Below are positions 13,967 through 27,860 of a DNA stretch of 64,000 nucleotides, piece by piece. Positions within the stretch are counted from its first letter, which is position 1; every line of letters starts with the position of its first letter. A program made the translations under genes and the position numbers. Under the pieces are notes generated by a model, which had not been told where the DNA came from, did not search any database, and was given only the letters and a program-made list of their open reading frames with translations. Origin of the DNA: Eledone cirrhosa (Eukaryota); NCBI GenBank assembly GCA_964016885.1, contig OZ024749.1:5642001-5706000 (forward strand), in the 5' to 3' direction.

Positions 13967-14039
13967 TATCAATGCATAAATTTATCAATATCTATACATA
14001 TATTTGTATATGATAAATATATATATATATATGTAAATA

Positions 14040-14079
<40 letters not shown>

Positions 14080-14080
<1 letters not shown>

Positions 14081-14499
14081 CCAAAGATTAATATGGTTCA
14101 TTGATTACTCAATTAATATAGTTTTACAATAGATTAAAAGCACTCTACAAATAAGTTTTCTGGAGTTAATATTATTCAAAATATTAACAAATGAAGATGT
14201 TCACATAATCAAAATATATGTTTTATTATATATATTTCGAAGGTACTGTGGTGTTTTTTCACTACGTCCTCCTCAGATAAAATACATGAATTGATGTATG
14301 ACATACCTCAACTGTCCTGATGGTTCAATTCCAGTATTGCTAATACTGGAATTTAACCATCAATACCGTTGAGGTATGTCATACATCAATTCATGTATTT
14401 TATCTGACGAGGACGTACTGAAAAAACAGCACAGTACCTTCGAAATATATATAGTAAAACATATTTTGATTATGTGAATGTCTTCCTTTATTAATATTC

Positions 14500-14505
<6 letters not shown>
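14080..14505. mobile_element. PLE-type foldback flanked by (TA)n
   Basis: Arms about 14172-14338 and 14342-14505 meet at CCAGTATT-gct-AATACTGG; a hammerhead motif lies in each arm. Confidence 0.75.
14397..14460 (+). ncRNA. Type I hammerhead ribozyme motif (mirror copy at about 14221-14283, minus strand)
   Basis: TTTTAT-CTGACGA-GGACGTACTG...CAGTACCTTC-GAAA-TATATA-TA-GTAAAA. Confidence 0.65.
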
Positions 14506-14534
<29 letters not shown>

Positions 14535-14535
<1 letters not shown>

Positions 14536-15092
14536 TACGTTTTTCCGGGTTGAATCGGAGGTAACCACAGTAAGTAAGGTACTCAATACAAAGCAGAGTA
14601 TAACAGTTTTAATATAGATGAGATTCTACAGGACTAGAACTGTTTCATTCTTTATAAATCATCAGGAAACTGGCTTTCCACTGGTTTATAGAATTTTCTT
14701 GGCCTTTGTCACTAAGTAGAACTGTAAAGAATTAGCTTTTAAAGAATTTCCCTTTTCTTTAATTCCATCAACCATGACCGACCCCCAACGATCTTATAGA
14801 CACCTGAAATATAGGCATTGTTAGCTTAAGTGAAACTTAAAAATAAGGAGTGGCACCCCATTATGAACCTGTTTATAGAATTCTTTCTGCCTTTGTTACT
14901 CTAAATATAAACTATAGCTTTAAAGAATTAGCCTTTAATGAATTCCCTTTTCTATCAACCAATGACCTCTACCCATCCCACTCCCCACCCTCTCCTACCA
15001 CAACATTTATTTTTGAAAAGCCAGATTCCTGATGATTTCTAAAGAATGAAACAGTTCTAGTCCAGTAGAATCTCATCTATATTAAAAGTTAT
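14535..15092. mobile_element. Second PLE-type inverted element flanked by (TA)n
   Basis: Inverted repeats 14606-14679 / 15014-15090 carrying hammerhead cores; internal direct repeat 14682-14757 / 14870-14953; related copy at 50390-50500. Confidence 0.65.
15023..15073 (+). ncRNA. Hammerhead motif with degenerate stem II (mirror copy 14621-14670, minus strand)
   Basis: AGATTC-CTGATGA-...-GAAA-CAG ttctagtc C(A/T)G-TA-GAATCT. Confidence 0.55.
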
Positions 15093-15101
15093 ATATATAT
15101 A

Positions 15102-15222
15102 GTGAAGGCGTGTGGCTGAGTGGTTAGAGAATTGGATTCACAATCTTGAGGTTGTGAGTTCGATTCCTGGACCGGGCGATGCGTTATGTCCTTGAGCAAG
15201 ACACTTTATTTCACGTTGCTCC
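15102..15222 (+). mobile_element. tRNA-derived SINE family B, 5' part
   Basis: A box TGGCTGAGTGG, B box GTTCGATTCC, then TGTCCTTGAGCAAGACACTT core. Confidence 0.8.
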
Positions 15223-15319
15223 TTCTACCTGGAGTTGCGACCGATAGATAGTATTAGCAATTGGAAAGACCAACGGAAACATTGTTCCCTCGGTCCGATT
15301 TGACGAAAGTCGATCGATC

Positions 15320-15369
<50 letters not shown>

Positions 15370-15372
<3 letters not shown>

Positions 15373-15510
15373 AAATATTAATAAATGAGAAATACTTTCA
15401 CATAACCAAAGTTGGTTTTTGAGTACGCTTTCATCAGATAAAACACAAGAGATTGGTTATTCGACATACCACTATGGTCTTGATCCTTCAATCCCTATAG
15501 TAGCAGTAAT
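15370..15510 (-). mobile_element. Degenerate PLE terminal fragment related to 14172-14338
   Basis: TCATCAGATAAAA and CAAAATATTAATAAATGA shared with the 14 kb foldback; flanked by (TA)n. Confidence 0.5.
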
Positions 15511-15650
15511 ATATATATATAAATATATAGATAGGGGATGGGGTGGTGTGGGGTATACATATACACAGATATTTATAATATAATTACATATACATACTAT
15601 GTATATAGTTATTTATATAATAAATATATATCTTCATTATACATATGTAG

Positions 15651-15688
<38 letters not shown>

Positions 15689-16052
15689 TTTATACATATG
15701 TAGTTATTTATATATATATATATATATTATTTATGCATAAAGATATTTATATAATATATTTATATATCATATACAAATATATTTATATATCATATACAAA
15801 TATATTTATAGACATTTATAAATTTATGCATTCATATTTATTTATATTCAGTGTACAGAGAGAGAGAGAAAGAGAAAGAGAGAGATTCATAAGCATATGT
15901 GTGTGATACATACCTACACACATACATACCTACACACAAATACATACGCACATACATACACACACACACACATACATACATACATATACACACACAGCCA
16001 ATGATAAATCTCAGCAGTTTTTTATGAAATGTGACGAAATGACTGTCTATAG

Positions 16053-17267
16053 TAGGGGTTCCCAACCTTTTCATCGTTATCGCCCACTTTTCCACACACA
16101 AAAATTCCCATCGCCCACCTGTGCAGTAATTTTAAGAACGCCAAATTTAAGCATTATTCAGAACGTTTGCTTAAAAAATGAAATATTTATTGAGATGAAA
16201 TATTGCAAAATGGGGATTCGTAGTTGAAACGTTATTCAGAAGAATGAAGCTTTTGATTGCTAAATTGTTCTCAATGAAACAAAATTGAAAAATGATACAT
16301 GTATTAAATGTTCAACAAACTCATCATGTCTAGACTAGGGAAGAGCGAATCCGAGTTCTGTGATTACAGCATACCGGTCATTATATGATCAAAATCGATA
16401 CGAGAACAGGGTATAGACATGAGCGATGATGCATCTTTTTCCTCACACATCATGAAAGTGGCGACAATGTGCAGACGACTCGCTGGCTGGATCTTGAGGA
16501 CTTTCCGGACAAGAGAGCGAGACACCATGTTGACACTATGGAGGACAATTGTCCTAAGCCGCCTGGACTATTGTTCCCAGTTGTGGTCACCCCATAGTGT
16601 CAAACTAACCACGGAGCTTGAGGCAATCCAGCGAAGCTACACCAAGAGGATTGCTACGATGAAGGAGACAAGCTACTGGGAGAAGCTAAAAGAACTGAAC
16701 CTCTACTCCTTGGAACGAAGACGGGAGAGATACGCAGTGATCTACCTGTGGACAATCCTGGACGTATTAGCACCAAACTTTGGTATTGGGAGTTGGACCA
16801 ACCGTCGAGCAGGACGTCACTGTGTGGTGCCAAAGGTCCCGTCTTCCACATCTAGAATAAGGAGCAGGTATTGCAATAACCTGGGATTCAAGGGCCCTTA
16901 ACTCTTCAACAAGCTGCCAAGGGATCTGAGAGATCTGCATGGTGTGGAGGTGAATGTCATCAAGAAACATCTCGACACCTTGCTATCCAGGAACCTGGAT
17001 GAGCCCACAGCAGCAACAAACTCCCTCTTACACCAATGGCCAGCCAACCAAAACAGGCTGGAGATAAAATGTGTAACAACAAGGGCAGTGCCCCAGCATG
17101 GCCTTAGACGGATGGCTGGAACAGGTAAAAGAGATAAAAGAAATAGAAGAGAACATAATTACCGAAAATCCTTTGTCACCCACCATTTCCTAAACATTCG
17201 TTCATCGCACACCCAATAGTTGAAATCGCCCACCTGTGGGCGATATCACCCAGGTTGGGAAACCCGG
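16053..17267. mobile_element. Non-autonomous hAT (Charlie-like) DNA transposon containing a LINE insertion
   Basis: TIRs TAGGGGTTCCCAACC / GGTTGGGAAACCCGG; 8-bp flanks GTCTATAG / GTTTAGAG; subterminal ATCGCCCAC repeats at both ends. Confidence 0.7.
16405..17130 (+). mobile_element. 3' fragment of a CR1-group LINE ORF2 (post-RT region), pseudogenised
   Basis: GWILRTF...LSRLDYCSQLWSP...LEAIQRSYTKRI...SYWEKLKELNLYSLERRRERY...LFNKLP, typical of the CR1/L2-group C-terminus; stop at 16899. Confidence 0.85.
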
Positions 17268-17324
17268 GTTTAGAGCAATTAGCTGTAAGTTTGGCTGAGA
17301 TTTGGTTGGGATCGGATTTTAACA

Positions 17325-17688
17325 TGGTTTGTGTGTGTATTGGAGTATGTATGGTATGCGTGTGTGTATGTATGGGTTTATGTATGCTTGTGTGTATGCT
17401 TGTGTGTATTGGAGTATGTATGGTATGCGTGCGTGTATGTATGGGTTTATGACTGCGTGCGTGTATGTATGGGTTTATGTATGTATGGGTTTATGTATGC
17501 TTGTGTGTGTATGTATGGCTGTGCGCATGTTTCAGTGCAGAAATATATTACATAATTGTGAATGCATGTCTGTGTGTATGGGTGTGTAGGTATGTGTGTG
17601 TGTGTTGGTGTGTAGTATATTATACAGCGATGGATATACATGGGGTGTGTGTGAATGTGTATGTGTACATCTATGCAGTAATATGTAT

Positions 17689-17751
<63 letters not shown>

Positions 17752-17763
17752 TATAAATGTATA

Positions 17764-17812
<49 letters not shown>

Positions 17813-18170
17813 TGTGTGTGGATGTGTGTGTGTGTGTGGATGTGTGTGTGTGTGTGTGTGGCTGTGTGTGTGTGTGTGTGGCTGTGTGTGTGTGTGGCTG
17901 TGTGTGTGTGTGGCTGTGTGTGTGTGTGGCTGTGTGTGTGTGTGGCTGTGTGTGTGTGTGGCTGTGTGTGTGTGTGGCTGTGTGTGTGTGGCTGTATGTG
18001 TGTGGCTGTATGTGTGTGGCTGTATGTGTGTGGCTGTATGTGTCAGTGTTTCCGTGTGTGCGAGTGGCTGCATGTGTGTTCGTGTGTGTGGGCATGTGTT
18101 CGTGTGTGGGCATGTGTTCGTGTGTGGGCATGTGTGAGTGTGTGGCTGTGTGTGTGCGTGTGCGCGTGCG
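17325..18170. repeat. GT/TA-rich microsatellites with (GGCT(GT)n) units
   Basis: Direct inspection. Confidence 0.9.
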
Positions 18171-18339
18171 TGTTGGCCAGTGTCAACTGTTTGATATGTA
18201 CAATGGTAATTAGTAGTGAACGTGTCGTTGATTAGTCACTACTAAAAGTAATGCAGCGAGGGAAGAACTGGTGAGGGAATAATTAAGATTTAGTTAGAAT
18301 TTAAATATATCAAAGTCACTGAATGTGCAGACATTGTGT

Positions 18340-19078
18340 GCACTGCTGTGTACTGCTGTGTACTGTTGTGTACTGCTGTGTACTGTTGTGTACTGTTGTG
18401 TACTGCTGTGTACTGTTGTGTACTCTGTTGTGTACTGCTCTGTACTGTTGTGTACTGTTGTGTACTGCTGTGTACTGTTGTGTACTGCTGTGTACTGTTG
18501 TGTACTCTGTTGTGTACTGCTCTGTACTGTTGTGTACTGTTGTACTCTGCTGTGTACTGTTGTGTACTCTGTTGTGTACTGCTCTGTACTGTTGTGTACT
18601 GTTGTACTCTGTTGTGTACTGTTGTGTACTGCTGTGTACTGCTGTGTACTGCTGTGCTCTGTTGTGTACTTCTGTGTACTGTTGTGTACTGTTGTACTCT
18701 GTTGTGTACTGTTGTACTCTGTTGTGTACTGTTGTGTACTGCTGTGTACTGCTGTGCTCTGTTGTGTACTGCTGTGTACTGCTGTGCTCTGTTGTGTACT
18801 TCTGTGTACTGTTGTGTACTGTTGTACTCTGTTGTGTACTGTTGTGTACTGCTGTGTATTGTTGTGTACTGTTGTACTCTGTTGTGTACTGTTGTGTACT
18901 GTTGTACTCTGTTGTGTACTGTTGTGTACTGTTGTGTACTGTTGTGCTCTGTTGTGTACTGTTGTGTACTGTTGTGTACTGTTGTGTACTGTTGTGTACT
19001 GTTGTGTACTGTTGTGTACTGTTGTGTACTGTTGTGTACTGTTGTGTACTGTTGTGTACTGTTGTGTACTGTTGTGCA
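18340..19078. repeat. 10-bp minisatellite (TACTGTTGTG)n
   Basis: About 70 units with GCT/CTCT variants. Confidence 0.95.
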
Positions 19079-20299
19079 GTGTGTGCAATATGGGTAATGG
19101 AACTTTTATTGAACTGTCTATATTACTAAACTGATGCAATGAAACATCGCTTGTCACACCACACACTGACACACACACACACACACACACACACAATCAC
19201 ACACAATCACATACAAACACTTTCACACACACTCAAACAAACTTTCACAAACACAAACTTACATATACACCCAACCACACAGACATACAAACACACCTTC
19301 ACACACACACACAACCGCGCTCAAACATATACACAGATACAACCTCACATATATATGTAGACACAGACACACTCAGAGAGACACAAACTTTCACAAACAC
19401 AGACATACGTACACACAAACAAACAAATCGACACAAACTTACACGGAGAGAGAAACACACACACACACACACACACACGAGCGTGTTGAGATAAGGCATA
19501 TGACTATCTATCTACATGACTTGCGCTTGCCTGATCATCAAAGTTAAATTAAACTGTTCAGTAATTAAAAGTTACGACCGATGTTCTGACTCAAACAGAA
19601 TCACAATAAGAAAGCAGAGAGTTCGCAGATGGCTATAAAATTGAATATGCATTGGCATAGATTGACGACTTGTCTTGTGAACAATAAGAACTTTCAAATG
19701 GCAGACAATGTATTGAGACTATTTCTCAAGACATTACTGAGAATTGTGGTTATTTGTGCAACCTTATTCCAAAGCAGCTTTTCACAAATCATTTTCCTTT
19801 CCTCGTGTCGTTTTGTTTCTTTGAATTGAATAGACAAGCGGATGATTATTCGGTGAACCACAAAGTAAAATCCTGTTTCTTAGATAGCTCTTTGTTTACA
19901 GAGAACCATATAACCAATTTATAGCAGGCATTAATACTATGCAATCAACACTGATTCTCTGATAAGGATATTGTGTGATGTTGAAACCCGCAGGACATAT
20001 GATGGCTAACAAATAAAGGGAACACATCAGTACACGGGATTTTTATTGGAACCTTTGTAAATACTTTATGATCATATCACACACTTTATTAGAGATTTAA
20101 AAATAACAAACACTTCCTCTTGTACTATTCTTAATTTTTAATACCGCTTTTATAGTGATTTAGTGGAATATCGGATAGCCTCAAGTCATTCATTCATCAC
20201 TAATAAACATAATAATAGTAATGATAATGAAAATAGAAGGTGAACGGAAGAGACTCGGCTTTCACAAAAGAAATAAATAATCTTTAATTTCTAATTGCT

Positions 20300-21560
20300 A
20301 GCTAAAGAATGTCTGTTTCTAACATAGCTGCCATGTGAGAAAATGTTGTGCTCAGGAAAGTCTGTTCTTACAGAATGATAAAGCTACAGAAGCTGTTTTC
20401 AACGAAGCTATCATGTAAACAAATGCTGAGTTAAGGAAAAATATGTTCCTAATGTTAACATCACAGGGTCAAATGTTGAACTAAGAATAGTTTGCTTCGA
20501 ACATAGCTGTCATGTTATCAAAGGTTGAGCTACAGAAAGTATGTTCCTATCATAGCTGTCATGTAGAGAGTCGGACACCATGCTTTGACGCATAGAGTTA
20601 CGGCCGTTGTCATTCTGAGTTCAAATGCCGCCTGCCGAGGTTAACTGCCTTTCTTCCTTACGGGATCGATAAAATAAAGTACCAGTAATACACTGGGTAA
20701 TTGCAAGCCTTGTGCCAATAGTTGAAACAATCATGTGATCAAATGTTGAGTTACAGAAGGTCTGTTCCAGTGTAAGCTATCATGTGATCAAATGTTGAGT
20801 TACAGAAGGTCTGTTCCAATGTTAGCTATCATGTGATCAAATGTTGAGTTACAGAAGGTCTGTTCCAATGTTAGCTATCATGTGATCAAATGTTGAGTTA
20901 CAGAAGGTCTGTTCCAATGTTAGCTATCATGTGATCAAATGTTGAGTTAAGAATAGTTTGTTCTAAACAGAGCAATAATGTGATGAAATGTTGAGCTCAA
21001 GAAAGTCTGTACCTAACTTAGCAATAATGTGATGAAATGTTGAGCTCAAGAAAGTCTGTACCTAACTTAGCAATCATGTGATGAAATGTTGAGCTCAAGA
21101 AAGTCTGTACCTAACTTAGCAATCATGTGATGAAATGTTGAGCTCAAGAAAGTCTGTACCTAACTTAGCAATCATGTGATGAAATGTTGAGCTCAAGAAA
21201 GTCTGTACCTAACTTAGCAATAATGTGATGAAATGTTGAGCTCAAGAAAGTCTGTACCTAACTTAGCAATCATGTGATGAAATGTTGAGCTCAAGAAAGT
21301 CTGTACCTAACTTAGCAATAATGTGATGAAATGTTGAGCTCAAGAAAGTCTGTACCTAACTTAGCTATCGTGTGATGAAATGTTGAGCTCAAGAAAGTCT
21401 GTACCTAACTTAGCTATCGTGAGATCAAATGTTGGGCTAAAGCTGTTCCTAACATATGTCTCATGTAAACAAATGCTTAGTTAAATCTGCTCCTAAAGCA
21501 GCCATCATATGATCACATTTGTGGCTGTCTGTTCTTTACATAGCTATAATGTAATCAAAA
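20300..21560. repeat. 49-bp minisatellite with degenerate flanks, interrupted by a SINE at 20567-20730
   Basis: Units ATCATGTGATCAAATGTTGAGTTACAGAAGGTCTGTTCCAATGTTAGCT (20731-20940) and AATAATGTGATGAAATGTTGAGCTCAAGAAAGTCTGTACCTAACTTAGC (20974-21420). Confidence 0.9.
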
Positions 21561-22144
21561 GTTCAGCTTTACCTTTCATCCTTTCAAAGTAAAAAAAAAA
21601 AAAAAACCAGTACCAGTAGAGTATTGCAGTCGATTCTTCCTCTATTTCATTCTGTGGAGGAAATTGGTTGCGTCCATACTTGGAGGGATTTGGCTTCACT
21701 AGGCTTAAAGTGCCCTATATGCCATTGCAACACCCTTACAACATGTGTTATGTGTCCATACACGCATACATACATTCATCCATCAATACATACATACATA
21801 CATACATACATACACACAATGTGACTTTTTCAGCCCTGGGTTAGTTTATAAAGGGTCTGCCTTCAGATAGAGAGCGAGAGAGAGAGAGGAGGCTAATGTC
21901 AGTTTTTAAACATTTTTCTATGGTCAAGCAATGCCCTGATCCAAGGATTATCAAGCTTGTATCAATTTTATCATTCGTTTGTTTTAGTTAAGACAAGTTG
22001 AGTTGCGTTAACCCATGGCCACGTCTCTAGGTTTTCAGGTATTTCATACCACCCATACTCTGGCATTTAAATCATTGATATTGACAGGTCCCTAGACTCT
22101 GTAAGAGCCTCAAATCTTCAGTATTGTTAGTCATATGAATAATA

Positions 22145-22343
22145 GTTTTTGATATAGGCCAGGCTGAAGTCGGTTAAATCGACCCCTATGCATTACTGGT
22201 GATTTATTTTATCGACCCGGTAGGAATGAAAGGCAAAGATAAACTCGGTGTGATTTGAACTCAGAAAGTAAAGGGCCGTAACTCTATGCTGCAAAGCATG
22301 ATGTCCGTCCGACGTTCTACCGATTCTGCCAATCCACCGCCCG
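22145..22343 (-). mobile_element. SINE family A
   Basis: Reverse-strand core and TTTGAACTC B box. Confidence 0.85.
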
Positions 22344-22834
22344 AATAATGCAACCCTGTCAATAGGAGATCAATATATTTGTGGCATGCAATAGTATGAC
22401 TAGAAAAGATTCGGTATCAGTTTTGCGGCATTTTTCTTGGATAAACGATGGTCTGGAATGGCGGTTGTCAAATCTAAGAAGACTGCACTGTACTAAACAA
22501 AGACATAGTTTTACGTCAACGATAGTTGTTAACTCTAATTTCATTGAAGCTACAAATTCTCGCCTCTCCGTTCATTTCATTGGCATTTTTTTTTTTAAAT
22601 TTGCTTCAGTGACTATTATTTATTTTGGATGATTGTTTATCTGTATATACCTGTATATAGCTGTATATATCTATATATACCTGTATATATCTGTCTTGCT
22701 GTATGTATTTACATCGTTTAGATAAATGATTATGTATGATAATGAAACAGTTTTTTAAATGAAGCTTTTAAACGCCACCAGTCATTATTAATCAACAGTT
22801 CTAAATATAGAGATGTGTAAAGAGTAAACAGCTG

Positions 22835-22875
22835 AAGGGGAGAGAGAGAGTGAGAGCGAGAGTGTGAGAGAGAGA

Positions 22876-22908
<33 letters not shown>

Positions 22909-23875
22909 TGAGACAGAGTGAAAGAGAGAGTGAGAGAGAGAAATAGAGAGAGAGATAAAGAGAGCGGAGAGAAGAAGAGAGAGAGCGGAGAGAAGAAGAG
23001 AGAGAGCGGAGAGAAGAAGAGAGAGAGAGAGCGGAGGGAAGAAGAGAGAGAGAGCGGAGGGAAGAAGAGAGAGAGAGCGGAGGGAAGAAGAGAGAGAGAG
23101 CGGAGGGAAGAAGAGAGAGAGAGCGGAGGGAAGAAGAGAGAGGAGCGGAGGGAAGAAGAGAGGGCGGAGGGAAGAAGAGAGAGAGAAAGAGGCAAGAAGA
23201 GAGAGAGAGAAAGAGGGAAGAAGAGAGAGAGAGAAAGAGGTGAGAAGAGAGAGAGAGAAAGAGGTGAGAAGAGAGAGAGAGAAAGAGGTGAGAAGAGAGA
23301 GAGAGAAGATGGAAGAAGAGAGTGAGAGAAGAGGGAAGAAGAGAGAGAAAGAGGGAAGAAGAGAGAGAAAGAGGGAAGAAGAGAGTGAGAGAAGAGGGAA
23401 GAAGAGAGAGAAAGAGGGAAGAAGAGAGAGAAAGAGGGAAGAAGAGAGAGAAAGAGGGAAGAAGAGAGAGAAAGAGGGAAGAAGAGAGAGAAAGGGGGAC
23501 GAAGAGAGAGAAAGAGGGAAGAAGAGAGAGAGAGAAGAGGGACGGGAGAGAGAGAAGAGGGACGGAAGAAAGAGATAGAAAAAGAAGAGAGATTGAAGAG
23601 GGAAAAAGTGGGAAGGTGGGGGGGAGTAAAAAAGAGAGATAGAAGAAAGGAAGGAAGAGAAAGGGGATGAAAGGAAGAAAGTGATGGAGAAGAGGAAACA
23701 GATAGGGGGAGGGGAGAAGAGGAAACAGATAGGGGGAGGGGAGAAGAGGAAACAGATAGGGGGAGGGGAGAAGAGGAAACAGATAGGGGGAGGGGAGAAG
23801 AGGAAACATATAGGGGGAGAGAGGAAGGGAGGGGGAGAGAGGAATGGAGGGGGAGAGAGGAAGGGAGAGGGAGAC
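22835..23875. repeat. About 1-kb polypurine (GA-rich) tract with sub-arrays
   Basis: GAGAGCGGAGGGAAGAA, GAGAAAGAGGGAAGAA and GAAGAGGAAACAGATAGGGGGAGGGGA units. Confidence 0.9.
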
Positions 23876-24173
23876 ACGTGTGCGGGACAGAGACGAGGGG
23901 GGGGGAATAAAAATAACAATTTGGGCCCCACATATTTTAATTGTTTTGTTTGTTTTATTATTGTTGGTAATTGTTTCTCAAAACATTTCAATTGGAGGAG
24001 AAATAACGATGATAAAACAACAACAACAAGCATAGTAATGATAATAGTAATAATAATAACATGTCTTTATTGGCCACAAGGGCCGACATGTAGGGGACAA
24101 TGGGGGGAGGGGGGTACTATAAGTTTGAATAAAAATGCACAAGAACAAAACTAATTTAACAATGAAAAAATAT

Positions 24174-24204
<31 letters not shown>

Positions 24205-24235
24205 TGAGAGACAATGAGAGAGAGTGAGAGACAAT

Positions 24236-24267
<32 letters not shown>

Positions 24268-24270
24268 AAA

Positions 24271-24311
<41 letters not shown>

Positions 24312-24449
24312 AAGAAAGAAAGATAGACAGAGGGGGGATGAAAATTGGGAGTAAATAATGTTTAAACCCCCTTAACTTCCCTCCATTCAACCCGAAAAAA
24401 TCATCTCAAAGAAAAATTTAATAAAATCATACTAAAAATAAATTTCGGA

Positions 24450-26218
24450 ACACACACGCACACAAACACACACACAAACACACACACAAACACACACACA
24501 AACACACAAACACACGCACACAAACACACACACAAACACACAAACACACGCACACAAACACACACACAAACACACAAACACACGCACACAAACACACACA
24601 CACACACACACACAAACACACACAGACAACCACACAAACACAGACACACACACAGACAACCACACAAACACAGACACACACACACACACACACACAGACA
24701 CACACACACAGACACACACACACAGACACACAGACACACACACACAGACATTCTTCTGAAGACAAAAAATACAGACATACACACACACACACATACAATA
24801 CACACACATACAAATATATACACATACATACACACACAAATATATACACACACAAAAATATATACACACACAAAAAAAAACACACACACACACCTAAAAA
24901 TGTACACACATACACATACATATATACACACACATCTGAAAATATTCACATATACAAATATATACATATACTTACACACACAAAAATATATACATACACT
25001 CAAAATTATACACACCTAAAAATATGCACACACACAAAATTATACACACACCTAAAAATATGCACACATACACACACAAAAATATACACACACCTAAACA
25101 TATGCACACACACACACACACAAATATACACACAAAAATATATACATACACTCAAAAATATACACACACCTAAAAATATGCACACACACACAAATATACA
25201 CAGCCAAAAATATGAACACATACACAAAAATATACACACCTAAAAATATGCACACATACACACACAAAAATATATACATACACTCAAAAATATACACACA
25301 CCTAAAAATATGCACACACACACAAATATACACAGCCAAAAATATGAACACATACACAAAAATATACACACCTAAAAATATGCACACATACACACACAAA
25401 AATATATACATACTCAAAATTATACACACACACATACAAAACTATATACACACACAAACATATATACATACACTCAAAATTATACACACACACACACACA
25501 CACACATACATACAAAACTATATACACACACACACATACAAAACTATATACACACACAGATACATACACAAAAATATATACATACACTCAAAATTATACA
25601 CACACACACACACACACACACATACATACAAAACTATATACACATACGAAACTATATACACACACAGATACACACACAAAAATATATACATACACTCAAA
25701 ATTATACACACACACACACACACACACATACAAAACTATATACACACACAGATACACACACACAAATATATACATACACTCAAAATTATACACACACACA
25801 CACACATACAAAACTATATACACACATATACACATACAAAACTATATACACACAGATACACACATACAAAACTATATATACACACAGAAACGTGAGGGGT
25901 GGGGAATAAAGATGTTTCCTGAGGGAGCTTACAATCAAAATAATTAGCATACAAGCAAAGAAATACTTGCTTAAGGCTGTGAATATTTCTACATTTAAAA
26001 ATTGTATTTATAGCTGCTGACACGTCATTAAACGATGAAACAATTGGGTGGAGAAAGAAAGGAAAGATATGGGAGGCGGGTGGGGGAGGGAGACGTTAAT
26101 AGACAGCGTTCATTAACGAGGCTAAATTAATGAGAATCTGTGGTTGTGTATATATATATATATATATATATATAGTGCATGTGATGTGTGTGTATATATA
26201 TATATATGGTGTATGTGA

Positions 26219-26250
<32 letters not shown>

Positions 26251-26395
26251 GTGTATGTGATATGTGTGTGTATATATATATATGGTGTATGTGATGTGTG
26301 TGTGTATATATATATATATAGTGTATGTGATATGTGTGTGTATATATATATATATGGTGTATGTGGTGTGTGTATATATATATGATGTATGTGAT

Positions 26396-26427
<32 letters not shown>

Positions 26428-26553
26428 GATGTATGTGATGTATGTGTGTATATATATATATATATGGTGTATGTGATGTGTGTGTATATATATATATATG
26501 ATGTATGTGATGTATGTGTGTATATATATATATATATATATGATGTATGTGAT

Positions 26554-26587
<34 letters not shown>

Positions 26588-26599
26588 GATGTATGTGAT

Positions 26600-26634
<35 letters not shown>

Positions 26635-26703
26635 GTGTATGTGATGTATGTGTGTATATATATATATGGTGTATGTGCATATATATATGGTGTATGTGAT
26701 GTA

Positions 26704-26735
<32 letters not shown>

Positions 26736-27020
26736 TATGGAGTATGTGATGTATGTGTGTGTATATGGTGTGTGTATATCGAGTATGTGTGTGTATATGT
26801 ATGTATAAGGAATATGTGTATGTGTATATATATGTATACTAAATATGTGTATATAAATATATGTATATGGAGTATGTGTGTGTATAAATATATATATATA
26901 AAGTATGTGTGTGTATATATATATATATATGGAGTGTGTGTATATATGTGTGTGAGTGTATATGGAGTATATGTGTGTGTGTATACATATATATATATAT
27001 AGTGTATATGTATGTATGTG
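24450..27020. repeat. Compound CA-rich and TA/GT-rich micro/minisatellites
   Basis: CACAAA, CCTAAAAATATGCAC, CAAAACTATATAC and GTATGTGATG-(TA)n units. Confidence 0.9.
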
Positions 27021-27860
27021 TACCGGTGTCTGTGCACACGCCCGGGTCTCTGTATACGTATACGCACTGTACACGCAAATCTAAAACACGCTATTTATTG
27101 ATGACAAAACGAAACGAAATGTTTAATTATAATTAAAACATATTTCTGAGTCCACCCCAGCCCCTCCCTTCCCCACCACCGCCCCATTTCTGTAAACAAA
27201 AGTTTCCGTGTGAAGTTTCCAGAAAAACATATACAAGTCACCGTTAGTGTTTCTACAGTAGACATATATTGGCTAGGTGATTCATGTTTCAATGGAGATA
27301 ACGCTCTTTAGGAAACTTTTCCTGGATTTATGCATATATATATATATATATATATATTGTTATACTTTGGGAGGGTCATGTTGCCAATAAGAAACACACG
27401 CACCAGTTGCTTTCACTTCAATTTAATTTATTAAATATTTATAAATTTACAAATTTATAAATTTCTGGTTGGTTGGTTGGTTCCACAACCAGATGGTTGT
27501 TTATATATATATAGTCATAGTTCTTTCGTCACACACTCTGTGACCTCTTCAGTGACTGGGGATTTCTTTCTTCGTTTCTGTGCCTTTCCTTTCTTCTATC
27601 CTACGCCATTTTGTTTGTGTGTGGGTTGCGTGCTCAGTTTGCGCATGCGCCACATCCGGGTGTCTGTGTGTTTGTGTTCATTTTTCTATTTTTCTATTTA
27701 TATTTTTCTATTTGTTTGTTTATTTATTTATTTATTGTTGGTTGGTTGTTTGTTCTATGTGTGTGTGTGTTTTCATTTTGTCTTGTGTGTGTTTTCATTT
27801 TGTGTGTGTTTTCAATTGTAAGTTGTTTGTTCTGTGTGTGTGTGTGTTTTCATTTTGTCC

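Noticed and set aside
15102-15175. tRNA gene
   Set aside because: A and B boxes are present but it continues into the SINE B core and the acceptor stem is poor.
18294-19196. Cys/Val-rich or Gln/Thr-rich ORFs
   Set aside because: Translation of a 10-bp tandem repeat.
22359-22632. Short complex-sequence ORFs on both strands
   Set aside because: No motif and no convincing splice signals.
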